Shown: positions 1 to 14,024, numbered from the stretch's first letter. The stretch: 64,000 bases of DNA from the human T2T-CHM13v2.0 reference genome, Homo sapiens (GCF_009914755.1 NC_060934.1); one strand, 5' to 3'. Notes: generated by a model from the letters alone, not told the origin. Numbers and translations are program-made.

Positions 1-74
1 TGACATCACATAAGAATAGTTGAAAGAGCTAAGAATGCAGAACCTGCAAATATCAGACTAAAGAAATAACAATC

Positions 75-318
75 GTCCGGGCACAGTGGCTCATGCCTGT
101 AATCCCAGCACTTTGGGAGGCCGAGGCGGGCGGATCATGAGGTCAGGAGATTGAGACCATCCTGGCAAACACGGTGAAACCCCGTCTCTACTAAAAATAC
201 AAAAAATTAGCCAGGAGTGGTGGTGGGCGCCTGCAGTCCCAGCTACTCTGGAGGCTGAGGCAGGAGAATGGCGTGAACCTGGGAGGCGGAGCTTGCAGTG
301 AGTCTCAGAAAAAAAAAG
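75..318 (+). mobile_element. AluY-like SINE with ~50-bp deletion in right arm
   Basis: AluY diagnostics (gaccatcctgg, gaatggcgtgaacc, ggagcttgcagtgag); GCAGTGAG joined directly to TCTCA; TSD agaaataaca(a/g)tc. Confidence 0.9.
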
Positions 319-333
319 AGAAATAACAGTCCA

Positions 334-485
334 GGCAGGGCGCAGTGGCTCATGCCTATAATCCCAGGGCTTTGGGGGGACGAGGCAAGGAGGGTCGCTT
401 GAGGCCAGGTATTCAAGACCAGCCTTGGCAACATGGTGAGACCCTGTCTCTACAAAAAAATTAAATAAATAAATAAATAAATAAA
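334..485 (+). mobile_element. FLAM/Alu left monomer
   Basis: Single Alu arm ending in (TAAA)n tail. Confidence 0.85.
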
Positions 486-579
486 AGAAATAGTGATCTC
501 CAAGTATCGGAAAGTCGAATATGAAATCCCATCAAAGAGGGATTATACCTGTTCCCTCTTCTCCCAGAAGGCAGAACCA

Positions 580-730
580 CTCATTTGTTCATTCCTTCAT
601 TCCTTCCTTTATTTATTCATCCAACGAACATCTGTTGAGCACCTACCACATGTCTCTTAGACCAGGTATCTCTTCGTAGTACAGAGTACAAAAGCAACTC
701 TCCCTGCCCCTAAGAATACAATTCAGTAGG
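580..730 (-). mobile_element. L2 LINE 3' fragment
   Basis: cattcatcc..aacatctgttgagcacctac resembles L2 3' end. Confidence 0.55.
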
Positions 731-953
731 AATGAAGGACAGCATCCAGTTTTCTGAAACTTGTGTTGGTGTCTTTTGTGGCAACACTGTTTCTTTGGGC
801 CCACATGAGCCACTGAGGATGTGTGGCCTTCCATGTGTGATTGTTTTGTTGTCCTGACATATGGTCCGTCTGCTTTATCTGGTCATGTCACCATCCAGTG
901 AAAGAAAATCTTTCAGGAGCCCCCGGATACCTTCAGGATAAAATCTAAAATCC

Positions 954-1240
954 AGCCAAGCATGGTGGCTTATGCCTATAATCCCAATGCTTTGGGATGC
1001 CAAGACAGGAGGATGGTTTGAGCCCAGGAGTTTGAGACAAGCCTGGGCAACATAGCAAGATTCTGACTCTACAAAAAATTTAAAAATTAGCTGGGCGTGG
1101 TGGTGCACTCCTATAGTCCCAGTTACTTGGGAGGCTGAAGCCAGATATCATGGGGCCAGGAGTTTGAGGCTGCAGTGAGCTATGATGGCACCACTACACT
1201 CCACCCTGGGTGACAGGGCAAGACCCCATCTCTAAAAATA
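954..1240 (+). mobile_element. AluJ
   Basis: Dimeric Alu with J features (gaggctgcagtgagctatgat). Confidence 0.9.
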
Positions 1241-1241
1241 A

Positions 1242-1536
<295 letters not shown>

Positions 1537-1869
1537 TAAAAATTAAAAAAAAAAAAAAATCAAATGGCTCCCAAGGCTTGTTTTCAAAATCTCTCTTTAC
1601 TTTTGTCAGTATCTCCTGCCATTCTCCTAATATACACCCCACACTCCTGCCATTAAGAATTAATTTCCATACTCAGTGTGTGCCAAGGTTTCTCTCTACC
1701 TTCACAATCCTGCCTGCCCTTCCCCTACTCAGCCCCTGGCTGACTCCTGTTTGTTCACATGACAGCTCCATCACCACCTACACCGAGAGGTCTTCCATGA
1801 TTCCCATTGGCCATGTTTCATGAGCTCTTCCTCTGGGTGTTCAAGGTACTCCATGAATAGTGACTGTCT

Positions 1870-1947
1870 GATCCTTATCCTCATTACCAGGCACAGCAGG
1901 GGCATGGAGCTGGTCCTCAACAAATGTTTAACTATATCAATGAATGA
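1870..1947 (+). mobile_element. L2 3' end fragment
   Basis: ctcaacaaatgttt...aatgaatga. Confidence 0.5.
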
Positions 1948-2080
1948 GGCTGAGCATGGTAGCTGACGTTTGTAATCCCAGTGCTTTGGGAGGCTGAGGT
2001 GAGAAGACCTCTTGAGGCCAGAAGTTTGAGACCAGCCTGGGCAACATAGCAAGACTCCATGTCTACAAAAAGAAAAAAGA
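1948..2080 (+). mobile_element. FLAM/Alu left monomer
   Basis: Single arm with A tail; aatgaatga flanks. Confidence 0.85.
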
Positions 2081-2097
2081 ATGAATGATGCAAAATC

Positions 2098-2461
2098 ACT
2101 CCATTCTCACATTGCTATAAAGAGACTGGGTGATTTACCTGAGACTGGGTAATTTATAAAGAAAACAGGTTTAATTGACTCACAGTTCAGGAGCTGTTCA
2201 GGAAGCATGGCTGGGGAGGTTTCAGGAAACTTACAGTCATGGTGGAAGGCCATGACCGTAACAGGAGGAAGAGAGAGAAGGGGGAGGTGCTACACGCTTT
2301 CAAACAACCAGGTATCGTGAGAACTCACTCACTATCACGAGAACAGCAAGGGGTGACTCCGCCCCCATGATCCAGTCACCTCCCACCAGGCCTCTCCTCC
2401 AATATTGGAGATTACAATTTGACATAAGATTTGGATGGAAACACAAATCCAAACCATATCA
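2098..2461 (-). mobile_element. MaLR solo LTR (MSTA/MSTB-like)
   Basis: cattgctataaag..gagactgggtaatttataaag..ggtttaattgactcacagttc..aaaccatatca. Confidence 0.85.
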
Positions 2462-3559
2462 CTCTGGAAGTTCAGATTGCACCAAACAGACAGCTATTTA
2501 TAAAGATTAAGGTGTCATTGACTTTCAACTTTGGATAATGAATCTAAATAAAGGAAATATGAGAGAGATCCTTAGCAACTCCACTTCTTCTAAGCTCAAG
2601 ACCACTGTTGGCTGGAAATGCTAGGGCTGTTAGTGCTTTCCTAAACCTGCATCATGGAGACATAAAAAGAGGGTATGATGAATTATTGACAGTCATGATC
2701 AGACGGTTATCTCCATTTTCTGCTTTGGAAGTCACCCTTGCAACACAGGAGACAACCATCCTTTCTGTCCTGCCAGAAGGCTGGTACCACGCAGTCCGTG
2801 TGTCCGGGCATGAAAACCATCAGGCATGAAGGGCAGCACGTTGCCGGTGGGCCGTGCCAACCCAAGGAAACAGTGCCTCCTTTGAGAGACACAAAGAGCC
2901 ACTGTCTTCGCCTCTTTTTTTCTTCTCCAAAAACTGTTAGAGTCCAAAACTCGCTGTGGAGATAACAAAGGCTCCTCCAAGACGGAGCAGAGGGCTCCAG
3001 TCATTTCACCTGGAGAATTTCAGCCCAAACCAGCCCACAGAACGCAGCCCGCAAGATTAGGGTAGTCAAGCTCCCTTTTCACCTGGCCTGCAATCTGGAA
3101 GAAAAATAAGCTCCACTGAAAACAGAATGTCCCTTTTTTTCCCAGCATCATTCTGGACTGCTCTGTCCTTATCAACAGAGTGATGATTCCTCTGTCAAGA
3201 TGTTTTCTTGCTAATGTTTACCCCACATACTAGTGTTTTCTACGACAAGCTCATTATATCCACTTGATACAAGAGCATTAAGAATTATTTAAGCAGAGAT
3301 GGAGTGACTATTCGTAAGATGAGTTGTGTGCTAAACAGGAGGTTGGACTGGCTGACCACTAAGATCCCTGTAATTAGGAGGTTAGTAGAGAGAACATGTA
3401 ATTCATTCATTCAAACCCGTGGTCCCCTGGTGGTCACATTAATAGCTAAATGGCTCAAATGTGGACAGCACTGCCATAAATTCAAGCACAGAGGGCAAGG
3501 GTGATTAGGAGAGAAGGCTAAGGGATAGGGATGCTGATAGGAAAATTGCCTTAACAAGC

Positions 3560-4010
3560 CTAAACTGAGCACTTGCTGTATGTCAGGCAGTGGCTGGAGA
3601 AAGAAAGACGAAGCTCAGGTTGTGTTTAGATGAGTCGTGAAAACAGACATGCACCCAGGCCATTACAATAAAATGGAATGGGTGCCACGGTGCTTATGTG
3701 CTATGCAAGTAGAATGGAGGAGGAGCCAATGCAGAACCTGTAGACGGCACGAAAGATGAATCATTGCAGGAGATGACAAATCAGCTTTCACTTAGGAATG
3801 AATAACAACTGACATAGGTTGGGAGGAGGGCATGGAAAGATATTGCAGGTAGAGGGGTCAGCAATGCAACGCAAGAAGGCATGAGGGATCATGGCAGATT
3901 GGTGAGCTGCAGGTGGCTTCTTGGTATAGCAGCCGTGGAGGATGTCTATGAAAGCGGGACATAGGCGGGCTGAGAAGTAGGTGGCAACCAGACTGGGAGG
4001 AAATTTCCTG
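3560..4010 (-). mobile_element. L2 fragment
   Basis: actgagcacttgctgtatgtcaggca and purine-rich L2-like body. Confidence 0.5.
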
Positions 4011-4339
4011 CCATGGGGAATAAGAGCTACCTCCTGGGAGTGGCCGGGGAAGAGGCAGAGGCAAGAATTCAGAGAAGGAAAGAGACCACGCACACTGGAC
4101 TTCCCAGCCTAATAGAAGATTCCTTTATTCCGAGCGTGGTGAGGAAGTGACTAAAGGGCCCGTGTGGACTGGGGGCCTGTGGCCCGTGTAGACATCTCAA
4201 AGATGAGCTTGAATCCCCAACCTTCTATCCCCAACAACGCCCACTGCTGTGTAAGGCTCTGGAACTGTGTCCTGGGATGTGGGTGAGAAAACCCTAAGAA
4301 GCTCTAAAGTTAAATACCCTAACATATATATATGTTAAA

Positions 4340-4589
4340 TATTCTAGCATCTGAGAGGTTAAGTAAATATCCTAGCATCCCAGAGGGTTAGGGCTCAGAG
4401 AATATGTGATTTTAAAAATTACATATACATGTGTATATATAATTTTTTGTCCAGGTGAAATGACATATGTATATATACATATATATGTATATACATACAT
4501 ATATATATAATTTTAAAAATCACATATTCTCTGAGCCCTAACCCTCTGGGATGCTAGGATATTTACTTAACCTCTCAGATACTAGAATA
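4340..4589. repeat. 82-bp inverted repeat (4340-4421 / 4508-4589), 86-bp spacer
   Basis: Arms are reverse complements with 2 mismatches by direct comparison. Confidence 0.95.
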
Positions 4590-4658
4590 GTATATATATA
4601 TATATATATATGTCTATACATATATATATGTCTATACACACACACATATATATGTCTA

Positions 4659-4690
<32 letters not shown>
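4590..4690. repeat. (TA)n / interrupted TA microsatellite
   Basis: Direct reading. Confidence 0.95.
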
Positions 4691-4694
<4 letters not shown>

Positions 4695-4774
4695 TGTAAT
4701 CCCAGCCTGGCCTCAACTTGCATTTTTAAGCTTTAATGCTGTCATTATTGCTTCCCACCTTATAAGGCAGATAC

Positions 4775-5453
<679 letters not shown>

Positions 5454-5743
5454 TAATTGTAGCCTAAGACTATAGGAGTATGTAGGGCACAAAAGACCTG
5501 GGTCTAACAGGGTTAATCTCTTCCTGAAATTTCTCCAGTCCCGCGTTTCCATAAGAGGGTCAGCAAATAAAAGGAGAGAGAGAAACTTCTGGAAGGTCTG
5601 CTGCTGCTGCTGCTCCTGGGACAGAAAGGGAACCCAAGGGTATCTAGTTTAAGATGATGCCAGCAACCCAGTCAGATGTGAGAATCAGCCGAGCCAGCCA
5701 GTGGTCCTGGGCATCGTGGCTAGAGGCAGAAATTCCAGCTCTA

Positions 5744-6260
<517 letters not shown>

Positions 6261-6701
6261 TTACTCACGTGTTTGTGGTGATGCTGGTGTCAACAAAACT
6301 GTTGTACTGCCAGTCATATACAAGGTTAGCGCATATAATATTTGCTAATAAATAATTATGTTACTGGGTTATATACTTACTATACTATACTTTTTATCGT
6401 TATTTGAGCTTGTACTCCTACTTATTTTTAAAAAGTTAACTGTAAAACAGCCTTGGGAAGGGTCTTCAGGAAGTATTCCAGGAGAAGGCATTGTCATCAC
6501 AGGACATGAGCGCTCTATGTATGTTACTGCACCTGAAGACCTTCCAGTGGGACAAAATGTGGAGGTGGAAGACAGTGATGTTGGTGATCCTGACCCTGTG
6601 TAGGCCAAGGCTAATGTCTGGTTGTGTCTTAGTTTTTAATAAAAAAAGTTTAAAAAGTAAAACAATAAAAATTAAAAAATATAAAAATAGAGAAAAGCTT
6701 A

Positions 6702-7034
<333 letters not shown>

Positions 7035-7335
7035 TTATACAGCTGTAAAATGTATTTGTTTTAAGCAGCATTATTGCAAAAAGTCTAAAAGTTTTAAAAA
7101 TCTAGTTTATAAAATAAAAAAAGTTATAGTAAGCTAAGAGTAAATTATTGAAGAACAAAAAAATTTTAAAATAAATGTAGTGTTGCCTAAGTGTACAATA
7201 TTTATAAGGTAAGTCTACAGTAATGCACAGTAATGTCCTAGGCCTTCACATTCACCCACCACTCACTGACTCACCCACAGCAACTTGCAGTCTTGCAAGC
7301 TCCATTCCTGCTCAGTACCCTATACAGGTATACCA

Positions 7336-7670
7336 TTTTATTTATTTACTTATGTATTTTTTCGAGAATGAGTCTCGCTCTGTCGCCCAGACTGGAGTGC
7401 AGTGGCACCATCTTGGCTCACTGCAACCTCAGCCTCCTGGGTTCAAGTGATTCTCCCACCTCAGCCTCCTGGGATTAGCTGGGATTACAGGATTGCTGGG
7501 AGTAGCTGGGATTACAGGCACCCACCATCATGCCAAGCTAATTTTTGTATTTTTGTAGAGATGGAGTTTCACCATGTTGGCCAGGCTGGTCTTGAACTCC
7601 TGACCTCAGGTGATCCTCCTGCCTCTGCCTCCCAAAGGGCTGGGATTACAGGTGTGAGCCACGATGCCCT
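7336..7670 (-). mobile_element. AluS in Tigger3b with internal stutter duplication
   Basis: TSD gtatacca; repeated gctgggattacagg. Confidence 0.9.
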
Positions 7671-7949
7671 GTAAGTATACCACTTTTTAATCCTTTATAA
7701 CATATTTTACTGTACATTTTCTATGTTTAGATACACAAATACTTACCATTGTGTTAAAGCTGCCTACAGTATGCAGTGCAGTCACATGCAGTGCAGATTT
7801 GTCGCAGTAGGCTGTACCATATAGCCTAGCTATGTAATAGGCTATGCCATCTAGGCTTGTGTAAGTACACTCTACAAGATACAATGAAATCATCTAATGA
7901 TGCATGTCTCAGAAGGTATCCCTGTTGTTAAGCAACACACGACTGTATT

Positions 7950-8455
7950 TGTAAGTATTTCTAGGATGTGCCAGGAACCCTCACCTGTGTAATCTGACTT
8001 AATTGCAGTGAGACTACTGTGAGATAGGTATTATTTCCACTTCACAGGAGTGGAAACTGATGATCAAAGAATTTAAGCATCTAGCTGGGCATGGTGGCTC
8101 ATACCTGTTATCCCATCACTTTGGGAGGCCAAGGTGGGCAGATCACTTGAGGTCAGGAGTTCAAGATGAGCCTGGCCAACATGGCGAAATCCCGTCTCTA
8201 CTAAAAATACAAAAATTAGCTGGGCATGATGGCAGGCGCCTGTAATTCCAGCTACTCGGGAGGCTGAGGCAGGAGAATCACTTGAACCGGAGAGGAGGAG
8301 ATTGCAGTGAGATCGTGCCATTGCACTCCAGCCTAGGGGACAGAGCGAGATTCTGTCTCAAAAACAAAACAAAACAAAACAAAAAACCTAGAGTTTAAGC
8401 ATCTTGCCAAAGTCAGAGAGCTAGAAATTGGAGGGCTGAGATTCAACACCGGGCT
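7950..8455 (-). mobile_element. MIR fragment split by Alu
   Basis: gtgagataggtattatttcc..ggaaactga..gagctagaaattggagggctgagattcaa. Confidence 0.6.
8082..8386 (+). mobile_element. AluS
   Basis: TSD aga(a/g)tttaagcatct. Confidence 0.92.
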
Positions 8456-8799
8456 TTTCCCATCTCCAAACCCCATTTGCTTTTGTTTTTGTTCTTCCAC
8501 CCCACCACTGATTAATTTTTATGCCAGATTCCTTCATTGTTTTTTCATGTGTGAAAAGGGGGCTACAAAAGAGTTAGTAAAACAATTTTTACCTTCATTA
8601 AGGTGGAATGAACAAATATGAAAATGTTTTGGAAGAAAAAGGTATAGGATAAATATAAAGGGTTCTTGGGATAGAAAGAAAGGTGGGATTAGATTTTGCA
8701 TCACTGAGATGCATATGCTCAAGTTCCCCTACTTAGCATCAACATACAATACAAAACCATTTTGATTCTATTACTAGTACAGGAGAGGCGGGGAGAAAA

Positions 8800-9600
8800 A
8801 AAACACTGTACTATCCAGTGACTGTTTTGAGGAGAAAAAAACTCCTTGGTGAGCTAATTTTGAACGTGAGGAACTGTTCCTTTATTGTCCAGCTGCCGCC
8901 TTTGAATCCCGTGTTTGCGTTACCAACAATTGCAACGGAAGTGTTTAATTTCAATTATTTATTGTTCATATCCCTCCAACTTCCAAAGAGAAATGCAAGG
9001 CATGGAAATGAAGGTTTTTGAGTTTTCATACACCAGATTCATATCTTAACTACTTGATTTCACTGGTTTTGCTGATACATCCATTTAAAACTCACAGAGC
9101 TGATACACACCCCGGTTGAGAGGGTTATGCTATGGCAATTTACTCTAAAATTCAAATATTTGGATTTGATGCAGAGGTCGAATGCCAAGGCCATGCTGAT
9201 CTACGACTGAAGAGCTAAAACATGAAAGTCCCCATCTTGTTCTCTCCTGACCATGTTGCAGAGTTGCTCTGTTGGGTTAATCTCTTTAATCTGCCTTGCT
9301 GCTTCCAAACCCTCAATTATTTTGAAACCACGCAAGGGCCTGGTAGCGAGGCAGAGCCGGCTCCTGAGAGCAGTTCGTGGCTGGGACCACATCCCTGCGG
9401 ACTCTTTGTTCGGACAGCGGATTCTCTCGGTGGCCAGCTGAAGGCCTTTTCTTTGTGTCGTGATTGACAGGCATGAATTAAATATCACCCCACTGGGCTC
9501 TCTGATTGGTGAATGATGACGTATTACAAGAATGTCTTGGGAAAATGGTGTTTCATGATAACGGGACAAGACCAGAAAGGCTGGGCTTTTTCAGCTAATC
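8800..9600. promoter_or_regulatory. Candidate enhancer (repeat-free, CpG-retaining, motif cluster)
   Basis: CCTTTGAA, AACAAT, CGGAAGTG, TGATTGACAG, CTGATTGG, TGACGT motifs; function not demonstrable from sequence. Confidence 0.35.
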
Positions 9601-10282
9601 CTGAACTTGACAACAGCAGAGACCTTGATTCTGAGCTCTGTATTTTATTTTATTTTTGTCTGCGTATGTCTTGTTCAGGCCCTTTAAAGGACGATCCTTA
9701 AATGGCTAAGAAAGGAGCAGAGGATGAAGCCCAAGGAAGTACAAATTTAGGAGAGAGAAAAGGATTGTTTCTTTAAATGACTGATGTTTCTGTAGATGTG
9801 CTTTAAGGGTTCTCTTCTAAAATGAGCCTGGCATTGTCTTTGAGGCTTTTCTTCCGTCTCAATTTATCAGCGAGTCAATTAGTATTCCTTAGGGCAATAA
9901 TATGTGCTGCAGGGTCCTGGCTATTCCCAACATACACTGGCCTGGCATTGCCTCGGGCATAAACAGCTCTACACACACAATGCTCTGGTTTTGAACAAGC
10001 AGAAACAGTGTGATAAGAAAGTGCAGAGAGAAATGGAAGGGCATGGAAATGCACCCCAGAATTTGAGGTGACACAGCATGTCTGTGGCTAAGTGGAGGAG
10101 GAAGGAAATGGGGTGCAGGATGATAGAAACTAATCTGTCATCTAGCCTAACAGCCGGTGAGGGGTTGGGAGAAGGTTTATTTCAGAGTAAGGTCATCGAG
10201 CTGGCTCAGTGGATGACACCCCAAAACCGAAAGGGTGATTGTAATGAGAGCTCTCACAGAGGCTGGGGGCAGCATTATAAGT

Positions 10283-11540
10283 CTTTTTTTTTTAAATTTT
10301 AGATTCAGGGGGTACACGTGTAGGTTTGTTACAAGGATGTATTGCACAATGGTGAGGTTTGGGCGTCTAGTGTACCCATCACCTAAATAGTGAACATTGT
10401 ATTCAATGGACAGTTTTTCAACCCTCATCCCTCTGCCAACCTCCCACCTTTTGGAGTCCCCATTGTCTATTGTTTCCATCTTTATGCCCATGTGTACCCA
10501 TTGTTTCACTCCCACTCACAAGTGAGAGCATGTGGAATAAGTTATCTTAATTAAACATAACTTTTGCTTCTCACTTATAGAGAATTATAGCTCCCACTTG
10601 TAAGTGAGAAGCAAAAGTGGATCTTGACATGGCCAAGCTGGGGATGTGGTGTGATGTTTTTGCATTAATTTGCTTAGGATAAAGGTCTTCAGCTCCAGCC
10701 ATGTTGCTGCAAGGATATGATCTCATTCTTTTTTTATGGCTGCATAGTATAGCATGGCATTATATGTACCACATTTTTTAAATACAGCCCACCGTTGATG
10801 GGCATCTAAGTTGATTCTGTGTCTTTTCTATTGTGACTAGTGCTGCAATAAACATACGAGTGCAGGTGTCTTTTTTATATAAGGATTTCTTTTCTTTTGG
10901 ATAAATACACAACAGTGCGAGTGCTGGGTCGAATGGTAGTTCTATTTTGAGTTCTCTGCGAAATCCCCATACTGTTTTCCATAGAGGTTGTAATAAATTA
11001 TACTCCCACCAATAGTATGCAAGAGTTCTGTATTCATCTGTTCTCACACTGCTAATAAAGACATACACGAGTATGAGTAATGTAAAAAAGAAAAGAGGTT
11101 TAATTGATTAACAGTTTTGCATAGCAGGGGATGCCTCAGGAAACTTACAATCATGGCAGAAGGGGAAGCAAACACCTCCTTCTTTACATGGCAGCAGGAG
11201 AGAGAATGAGAGCCAAATGAAGGGAGAAGACCCTTATAAAACCATCAGATCTTGTGAAAACTTACTATCACGAGAATAGCATGGGGGAAACTGCCCCAGT
11301 GATTCAGTTGCCTCCCATGGGGTCCCTCCCACCACATGTGGGGATTATGGATTACTATTCAAGATGAGATTTGGTTGGGGACACAGCCAAACCGAATCAG
11401 GTTGTCTTTTCTCTGAATCCATGCCAACATCTGTTGCTTTTTTGACTTTTTAATAATAGCCATTCTGACTGATGTAAGATAATCCCTCATTGTGGTTTTA
11501 ATTTGCATTTCTCTGATGATTAGTGATGTTGAGCATTTTG
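10283..11540 (-). mobile_element. L1PB/old L1PA 3' end, interrupted by templated insertion and THE1 LTR
   Basis: Poly-T, ttagattcagggggtaca; ORF 10778-11068 matches L1 ORF2 C-terminus ([26 protein letters not shown]). Confidence 0.88.
11029..11399 (-). mobile_element. MaLR solo LTR (THE1D/MSTA-like)
   Basis: tgtatt..ctgctaataaagacata..ggggacacagccaaacc..ca. Confidence 0.88.
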
Positions 11541-12037
11541 TGAATGATATTTTTCTGGTGCATCTAACATAAATTCCAATGTGAAAGGAAACTGGGTCCT
11601 TAGGTTTGCCAAGTAGGCTTGCTACCAGTAATATTGATAGAAGAGAGCATTAGGAAAGAATCTTGTGCCCAGCTTTCAGTAAATATGGAAGTTGTTTTGC
11701 CATTGAGTTGGGCACAAAGATTCTTTCTGCAAGATTCGAAGAAGGGAGAAATATGTAAATGTTGGCTAAACTTTGGGCAGTAATAAGGTGATCTGTGCAA
11801 AAAGCTTGCTTTGCCTAGGGACTTCTTACTAAAAGGTCTGGAAAGATAGTGTATTAGGCCAGGAGAACAAGGGCAGGATCATAACCATCAGCTAGGAGAA
11901 CTGATGGGCATGGTTCAGGTGAACAGGTCAGATCTGGATGATGCTCTCCAGAGGAATAACTGAATCTACAAGCCAGGCAGCTCAGTCATGGGCACATTGG
12001 GAATGGAGGGGTTGTTATAAGTTAACAAGTACACAGG

Positions 12038-12345
<308 letters not shown>

Positions 12346-13124
12346 TCATGACATTAGGGGGAAAGCTGGGAAAATAGTTCAAAATGCTGGCAAGAAATTA
12401 GGGCAACAGGTGGAGACCATAGCCAGAAATGTTCCCTGGAGAAGCAAAAGTGGATCTTGACATGGCCAAGCTGGGAATGTGCTGTGAACCCATGGGTGTG
12501 GTGGAGTGTGTTGGGTGTGTCAGGGAGAGGGTTCAAAGGCAGGGGAAGTACAAGGCAGACATTTAGGAGCACAAAGCTAAGGCGCTAATCACCTAGATTC
12601 CCTGACTGCTGGAAATGGCTTCCTTCTTTGGAGATTAAAGTTGGAGAGTTTTCCTATTCATATAAATTATAATCTGGGTCCTGGTTAAAAGACTGCACAA
12701 TTTGACTGAACTGCTGGTGACTGTGGTAAACACATGCCTGGGTGTTGAGCATTGATGCAGCAATGCCAGCTCCAGGGAGACTTCCTACACTGGAAGGAAA
12801 TGTGAGTAATAACACATATGCTTTTTTAGCAGATCGACAGCTTGCTGAGCTGGGACATGGTACATCCCAACCCCCTCCCCACCATATTTTTTTCTTTTCC
12901 TAAAGCACACTGCGTTGCTAGGAATACTTATTAGCTGTGTATTTCTTCAGTTCTTTCATGAATCAAAACAGTTCTGTCCTAATGTCTTGGATATGATTTC
13001 TGTCTCAAAATGTCCTTGAAGGGAATGGGATTATTAAATTGTAAGAGAAGTAGCCTGGGCAATGATAGAGTGTGTTCATTTGCTAGGGCTGCCATAAGAA
13101 AGTACCACATGCTGGGGAGCTTAA

Positions 13125-13496
<372 letters not shown>

Positions 13497-13666
13497 TAGG
13501 TTTCTTTTAATGCATCTCTTCTTGGCTTGTAGAGGATCATCTTCTCCCTGTGTCTTCCTTCACATACTCTTCTTTCTCTCTGTGTCTGTGTCCTAATCTC
13601 TTCTTCTTATAAGGACACCAGTCATATTGGATCAGGGCCCACCCTAAAGACCTCATTTAACCGTAA

Positions 13667-14024
13667 TGCTAGAGACCGAATGTTTGCGTGCTCCCCATCC
13701 CCAGAATGTATATGTCAGCATCCTAGCCCCCAGTGTGATGCTATTAGGGGGTGGAGCCGTTAGGAGGTAATTAAGCCATAAGGGTGGAGCCTTCATGATT
13801 GGGATTAGTGCCCTTAGGAAAGAAAGCCCAGAGAGCACCCTTGCGCTTTCCACCGTGTGAGAACACAGTGGCCCTCATGAACCAGGAAGCAAGTGTTCGC
13901 CAGACATCAAATCTGCCAGCACCTTGACTTCCCAGCCTCCAGAACCATGAGAAATAGTATTCTGTTATTTATAAGCCACCTAGTCTATAGTATTTGGTTA
14001 TTGCTGTCCAAACAGAGTAGGACA
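13667..14024 (+). mobile_element. MLT1A-like LTR
   Basis: gggtggagccttcatgattgggattagtgccctt..gacttcccagcctccagaacc..tttataagccacc. Confidence 0.78.

Noticed and set aside
4340-4589. Inverted repeat as a MITE or pre-miRNA
   Set aside because: No recognisable TIR family or TSD, and the loop is long and low-complexity; kept instead as a rearrangement scar.
5599-5614. (CTG)5 repeat
   Set aside because: Too short to be significant and not in a supported exon.
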